The notes below the pieces were generated by a model. That model worked only from the letters and a program-made list of their open reading frames with translations. It had not been told where the DNA came from and searched no databases. This document shows positions 14,469 to 18,846 of a DNA stretch of 18,846 nucleotides, piece after piece. Numbering within the stretch: the first letter of the stretch is position 1; each line of letters begins with the position of its first letter. Position numbers and translations under genes: made by a program. The stretch is from the NCBI GenBank assembly GCA_008932965.1, contig WBXG01000033.1, forward strand, positions 1-18,846, given 5' to 3'. Origin of the DNA: Verrucomicrobiota bacterium. Lineage in GTDB: Bacteria; Verrucomicrobiota; Verrucomicrobiia; Chthoniobacterales; UBA6821.

Positions 14469-16583
14469 TTATCTTTTTAACTTCTTTTTTTGTTTGGATT
14501 TTAACAGCGTAGAAGAACTGTTTTTTGATGATTGTAGTTCCTTAATTTGATCTCGTAAAAGAGCTGCTCGTTCATATTCCATCTTGCTCGATGCTACGCT
14601 CATTTCATTTTGTAATTCTTGAATAAAGGCAGCACGATCCTGAGGTGTTTCATCAATGATCGTAGAAGTATCATTTTGGAGAACAACCCTGAGACTCTCT
14701 TGAATAGGGCGTTCAACGCTTCTAGGAGTAATATTGTTTTTCTTATTATGCTCCAGTTGACGAGCACGGCGGTATTCAGTGACCTCGAGTAATGCACGAA
14801 TACTTTCAGTAATAGTATCCGCAAAAAGAACCACTTCTCCATGAAGATGACGCGCTGCTCGTCCTGCCGTCTGAATCAAAGAGGTCTTACTGCGCAAGAA
14901 TCCCTCTTTGTCAGCATCCAGAATACATACGAGGCTTACCTCAGGAAGATCGAGTCCCTCTCGAAGTAAATTGATCCCAACGACAATGTCACATTCTCCG
15001 GCGCGCAGAGAACGTAAAATTTCTACACGCTCGATTGTATCAACGTCACTGTGAAGATAGGTGACTTTAAGTCCCACTTCTTTGAGATAATCACTTAGGT
15101 CCTCAGCAGTTCTTTTTGTAAGAGTCGTGATAAGAACGCGCTCCCCGTGTTCAATACGTGTGCGACACAGTTCAATAGTTTCATCAATTTGATCTTTGAG
15201 TGGACGAATGAGAATACGTGGATCGAGTAATCCGGTAGGACGTATGATTTGTTCGACAATTAATGGAGTTTGATCGGCTGTGACATCAAGGTTTTCTTCT
15301 GAAGGGTTAGCTTTGATGAGTGAGGCTTTGGGAGCACTTATTTCAGATTCTTCAAGAAGGCCAACATTACCAACAAAACTATTACAAATTTCAAATTTAC
15401 TTGGGGTGGCGCTAATATAGAGCTTTTGCTTCTCTATTTTCATAAACTCAGAAAAACTTAATGGTCGGTTATCCAAAGCACTTGGTAAGCGAAAACCATA
15501 TTCGACTAAGGTCATTTTGCGTGCTCGATCCCCAGCATACATTCCGCTTATTTGAGGAAGAGAAGCATGAGATTCATCAATCATGATCATTGCATCTTCT
15601 GGCAAGAAGTCCATGAGCGTGTAGGGAGGTGCCCCAGTTGCTCTTCCTGTTAAATGCCGAGAATAATTTTCAATTCCATTGCAATACCCCATCTCTTGCA
15701 TCATTTCGAGATCATAATCGGTTCTCATTTTGAGACGTTGAGCTTCGAGGTATTTTCCATTTTCTTCAAACCAGGCAAGCCTCTCCTTGAGCTCTGCTTT
15801 AATCGTGATAATTGCTTGTTGGAGTTTGTTCTGAGGAGTAACAAATTGTTTCGCTGGGAAAAGAGTAAAATGTGTTAACTCTCCCTCGACACGGCCGGTG
15901 AGGGGATTAAAGAGTGAAATGCGTTCAATTTCATCACCGAAAAATTCAATCCTTATAGCCTTATCTTCTTCTTGTGCAGGATGCACCTCTACCACTTCTC
16001 CTCGGACTCGGAAGCGTCCTCGTGAGAATTCTATTTCATTTCTTTCATAAAGCATCTCCACCATTCTTCGAAGGAGCTCTTCGCGATTAATAATAGTACC
16101 TTTTTTAATGGTAAGAAGCATTTGTAAAAAATCTTCAGGGGAGGCTAGTCCATAAATACAAGAAACACTTGCTACCACGATGACATCCCTTCTTGTCAGC
16201 AGGGAACTCGTTGTCGAGAGGCGCAAACGCTCTATCTCTTCATTGATAGAACTATCTTTTTCTATGTAGGTGTCTGATCGTGGAATATATGCCTCAGGTT
16301 GATAGTAATCAAAATAACTCACAAAATATTCTACCGCATTGTGAGGGAAAAATTGTTTAAATTCAGAATAAAGCTGTGCTGCCAGGGTCTTATTGTGAGA
16401 AATAATCAATGTCGGACGATTGATATTTTCAATGATGTTGGCGGCTGTGAATGTTTTTCCAGAGCCAGTAACCCCAAGGAGTGTTTGGTGACCATTGCCA
16501 TGAAGAATGGAGCGAGTGAGCTTCTCAATGGCCTGAGCCTGATCTCCGCGAGGTTCATAGTTAGATTGGAGATCAAATGACAT
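14469..16583 (-). CDS. uvrB: Excinuclease ABC subunit B (UvrB)
   Basis: 704 aa. It has GVTGSGKTFT Walker A, FVSYFDYYQPEAY, DESH, RPTGLLDP, helicase C motifs (LLREGLDLPEVSLVCILDADKEGFLRS, QTAGRAAR) and a C-terminal UVR domain (YERAALLRDQIKELQ). Confidence 0.95.
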   Translation of the reverse strand: MSFDLQSNYEPRGDQAQAIEKLTRSILHGNGHQTLLGVTGSGKTFTAANIIENINRPTLIISHNKTLAAQLYSEFKQFFPHNAVEYFVSYFDYYQPEAYIPRSDTYIEKDSSINEEIERLRLSTTSSLLTRRDVIVVASVSCIYGLASPEDFLQMLLTIKKGTIINREELLRRMVEMLYERNEIEFSRGRFRVRGEVVEVHPAQEEDKAIRIEFFGDEIERISLFNPLTGRVEGELTHFTLFPAKQFVTPQNKLQQAIITIKAELKERLAWFEENGKYLEAQRLKMRTDYDLEMMQEMGYCNGIENYSRHLTGRATGAPPYTLMDFLPEDAMIMIDESHASLPQISGMYAGDRARKMTLVEYGFRLPSALDNRPLSFSEFMKIEKQKLYISATPSKFEICNSFVGNVGLLEESEISAPKASLIKANPSEENLDVTADQTPLIVEQIIRPTGLLDPRILIRPLKDQIDETIELCRTRIEHGERVLITTLTKRTAEDLSDYLKEVGLKVTYLHSDVDTIERVEILRSLRAGECDIVVGINLLREGLDLPEVSLVCILDADKEGFLRSKTSLIQTAGRAARHLHGEVVLFADTITESIRALLEVTEYRRARQLEHNKKNNITPRSVERPIQESLRVVLQNDTSTIIDETPQDRAAFIQELQNEMSVASSKMEYERAALLRDQIKELQSSKNSSSTLLKSKQKKKLKR

Positions 16584-16703
16584 CGTTTTGGATGGTAGAG
16601 TAGATCATTGCAAATGCGAGCATCTAGTTTGTAGAAGACTCTTTTTGCAATTGAGACTACTATTCATTTGATCTAATAATATTTGTTTCTAACCAACGCC
16701 CCC

Positions 16704-17813
16704 ATGCTTTTACTTGATTCTTCACTTTTATCCATTTGGAAAAAAATAGAAGCAGGAGTACGTCTTTCCAGAGAGGATGCCATCACTCTGTATCATTCTC
16801 CAGATCTTGCTGGGATTGGGGCAATGGCTAATGTCGTTAGGGAACGAAAGCATGCCAATGTGGCAACTTACGTTTTCAACCGCTACGTTAATTATTCCAA
16901 TATTTGCATCCTTAATTGCCAATTTTGTGCCTTTGGTGCTAAGAAGCGTGATGCACATGCTTTTGAAACGGCAATTCCAGAAATAGTGGCAGCAGTACGC
17001 GAATCATGGAATAAGGGAGCTACTGAAATTCATATGGTCGGGGGATTGCACCCCTCACTTCCAGGAGAGTGGTATCTGGATCTTTTGCGTGAGATGAGAA
17101 GGGTAAGTCCGGAGATTCATCTCAAAGCCTTCACTGCAGTTGAGGTGAGACACCTCGCATTTAGGGTCTTTAAAAAACCACTGAGACAAACGCTCGAATT
17201 ATTGCGTGATGCAGGACTCAATACCTTAACTGGAGGTGGAGCTGAAATTTTTGATCCCGGTGTGCGTGATCGTATTTGCCGAGGCAAAGAAACTGCCGAG
17301 CAGTGGCTAGAGGCGCATCAAATCTGGCATGAGATGGGGATGCGTAGTAATGCCACCATGCTTTTTGGACATATCGAAACAGCAGAGCAACGAGTTCATC
17401 ACCTCCATCTACTTCGTGATCTTCAGGATAAGACTCATGGCTTTACGGCTTTTCTTCCTTATGCTTTTGTCCCTGAAACAACTGCTCTTTCACATATTAT
17501 TCCTGCATCGGAAGAGGAGTCTCTTCGAAATTTGGCAATTGCTCGACTTTTCCTTGATAATTTTGAACATATTACTGCCTACTGGATTAGTTTTGGATTA
17601 CCCCTTGCTGCAAAATCTCTTCACTACGGTGTCGATGATCTCCATGGGACTATTGAGGAGGAGAGGATCTTTCATATGGCTGGATCAAAAACTCCAAAAG
17701 AACAAACAGTTGATACCTTAGAAAAAGCAATTCGGGAAGTGGGCCGAGTGCCATCTCAAAGGAATACATTTTATCAACAGATTAAAAAAACATCGAGTCG
17801 ACCTGTCACATGA
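16704..17813 (+). CDS. Futalosine-pathway radical SAM enzyme (MqnC / MqnE family); I cannot decide by eye which of the two
   Basis: It has the CxxxCxxC cluster motif in NYSNICILNCQFCAF, a TIM-barrel radical SAM body (HMVGGLHP...) and a C-terminal ...YGVDDLHGTIEEERI typical of the MqnC/MqnE/CofH-like clade. An mqnA homologue overlaps its 3' end. The track start at 16683 is a TTG, and I prefer the ATG at 16704. Confidence 0.8.
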   Translation: MLLLDSSLLSIWKKIEAGVRLSREDAITLYHSPDLAGIGAMANVVRERKHANVATYVFNRYVNYSNICILNCQFCAFGAKKRDAHAFETAIPEIVAAVRESWNKGATEIHMVGGLHPSLPGEWYLDLLREMRRVSPEIHLKAFTAVEVRHLAFRVFKKPLRQTLELLRDAGLNTLTGGGAEIFDPGVRDRICRGKETAEQWLEAHQIWHEMGMRSNATMLFGHIETAEQRVHHLHLLRDLQDKTHGFTAFLPYAFVPETTALSHIIPASEEESLRNLAIARLFLDNFEHITAYWISFGLPLAAKSLHYGVDDLHGTIEEERIFHMAGSKTPKEQTVDTLEKAIREVGRVPSQRNTFYQQIKKTSSRPVT

Positions 17814-18550
17814 ATCTATTAAGAAACATTAGTAAAAGTTTCCACCTTGGAGCTGTTTCTTATTTAAATTCACGTCCACTTTTGGAGACTCTTCCTTTTC
17901 CTATTTATAGGGATGTACCCTCCGGGTTATTTCATCTTTATAATAGTGGAAAACTGGATGCAGCACTTCTCTCAATTTACGATATTTTAAGGCTTCCTGA
18001 AGCCGAGGTGGTCGACAATATTGGAATAGGATGTAGAGGTGATGTGTATAGTGTCATCTTAGTATATGAGGGGAGTTTAAAAAATATTAAGAAAGTTCAA
18101 CTTGATCCTGCTTCACATACCTCTAATCAACTATTAAAAATTATCTTGGCTGAGTTTTATCATCTTTACCCTGACTATCTCGAAGAAAATAATGATCAAA
18201 ATAAAGTTGAAGCAAGATTGATTATTGGTGATCCTGCTATAGCTTTTAGAGAAAAGAGAAACTGTTCTATATTAGATTTGGGAGGAGAATGGTTTCATTT
18301 TACAAAATTGCCTTTTGTATTTGCTATGTGGTGCTTAAATAAAGAAAATACACAAAAAGAATATTTAAAAAAAATCTTACTTCGCTCCAAAGAGGAAGGA
18401 CTATTACTACGTCATAGAATTGCAGCTAATGAACTTAACCCAACTATTGCATTTCGCTATTTAACAGAACATATTCGATACGATGTGGGGGCAGAAGAAC
18501 TCGAAGGATTAGAATTATTCAAATCACTTCTTAATAAATATTCTTTATAA
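17810..18550 (+). CDS. mqnA: Chorismate dehydratase MqnA (futalosine pathway, VitK2_biosynth/DUF178 fold)
   Basis: 246 aa. HLGAVSYLNSRPL near the N-terminus is the MqnA hallmark, and ...LIIGDPAI... and PFVFAMWC also fit. An ATGA start/stop overlap with the upstream radical SAM gene suggests translational coupling. Confidence 0.75.
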   Translation: MNLLRNISKSFHLGAVSYLNSRPLLETLPFPIYRDVPSGLFHLYNSGKLDAALLSIYDILRLPEAEVVDNIGIGCRGDVYSVILVYEGSLKNIKKVQLDPASHTSNQLLKIILAEFYHLYPDYLEENNDQNKVEARLIIGDPAIAFREKRNCSILDLGGEWFHFTKLPFVFAMWCLNKENTQKEYLKKILLRSKEEGLLLRHRIAANELNPTIAFRYLTEHIRYDVGAEELEGLELFKSLLNKYSL

Positions 18551-18558
18551 TCATAAAG

Positions 18559-18846
18559 TTAGTATTCAAAAGAATTAGAGTATTTATTAAATGGAGATAA
18601 AGATGAGATAGTAAGAGTATCATTTTTGATTAATTTTTCTCCATCATCATAACACTTCGTAGCTTGTAGTGCATACTTATACCCCTCGTTTTCATCACCA
18701 TCCCTATAATATTGTAATGCTATAAGGGCGTTCGATATAGCATCTGTAAAATTTTCTATTGGTATTTGGTCATGATTAATCAAACAGGTAAGAATTTCTT
18801 TTTCGTACTCTCCTGCATTATAGAGCAAAACGGGCTTATTATCATT
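18559..18846 (-). CDS. Hypothetical protein, 5'-partial (frame stays open to the window end)
   Basis: The track ORF 18559..18828 begins at a TTG. The same frame continues without a stop to base 18846 (..NDNKPVLLYNAGEYEKE..), so the gene probably starts outside the window. It is markedly more AT-rich than the rest of the window, and I recognise no motif. Confidence 0.35.
   Translation of the reverse strand, partial: NDNKPVLLYNAGEYEKEILTCLINHDQIPIENFTDAISNALIALQYYRDGDENEGYKYALQATKCYDDGEKLIKNDTLTISSLSPFNKYSNSFEY

Noticed and set aside
15264-15383. UvrB extra loop as a recognisable in-frame copy of the repeat family
   Set aside because: Only short chance-level matches are present (TAACCC, TGAAATA), and they are not arranged as inverted termini. 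I report the insertion itself but not a repeat origin.
16584-16703. Repeat copy or LexA/SOS-type operator in the divergent uvrB / mqn spacer
   Set aside because: There is only a weak resemblance (CTATTCATTTGATC) to the TIR core and no second terminus. The duplicated TTGCAA(A/T)T motifs do not match any operator consensus I can name with confidence.

Overview
This is a moderately AT-rich bacterial chromosomal segment that carries mostly housekeeping genes. The organism is a diderm (LpxL-family lipid A acyltransferase) that makes menaquinone by the futalosine route (MqnC/E-type radical SAM enzyme plus MqnA).

Gene order:
- lpxL-like gene (partial, minus strand).
- A tightly packed minus-strand block: ECF sigma, anti-sigma, LivJ-like lipoprotein, LivH permease.
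- A minus-strand block of DD-carboxypeptidase, UvrD/PcrA helicase and a 137-aa unknown.
- A GH63-like glucosidase (plus strand), convergent with an Fsr-family MFS transporter.
- uvrB-holA (minus strand).
- mqnC/E-mqnA (plus strand).
- A partial AT-rich ORF at the right edge.

I see no defence island, prophage, CRISPR array, tRNA or rRNA.

The unusual content is between and at the edges of genes. A family of miniature repeats bounded by terminal inverted repeats (TIRs) has at least 9 copies and 13 recognisable termini. The terminus consensus is YTARCCCGGATATTTCATACTGATC. Full-length copies are about 184-265 bp and deletion derivatives about 64-86 bp. Copies fill most of the longer spacers between transcription units, and no transposase is present in the window.
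- One full copy lies inside the 5' part of the fsr reading frame and leaves it open.
- Two copies donate the last 6-7 codons and the stop codon of dacA-like and fsr (NPSISY*, NPDISC*).
- One intact copy is open end to end on both strands in equivalent frames.

This behaviour resembles Rickettsia palindromic elements or Neisseria Correia elements. Several long ORFs in the supplied track are artefacts of these repeats.

Track conventions I inferred: coordinates include the stop codon, and an initial 'M' can be a TTG.
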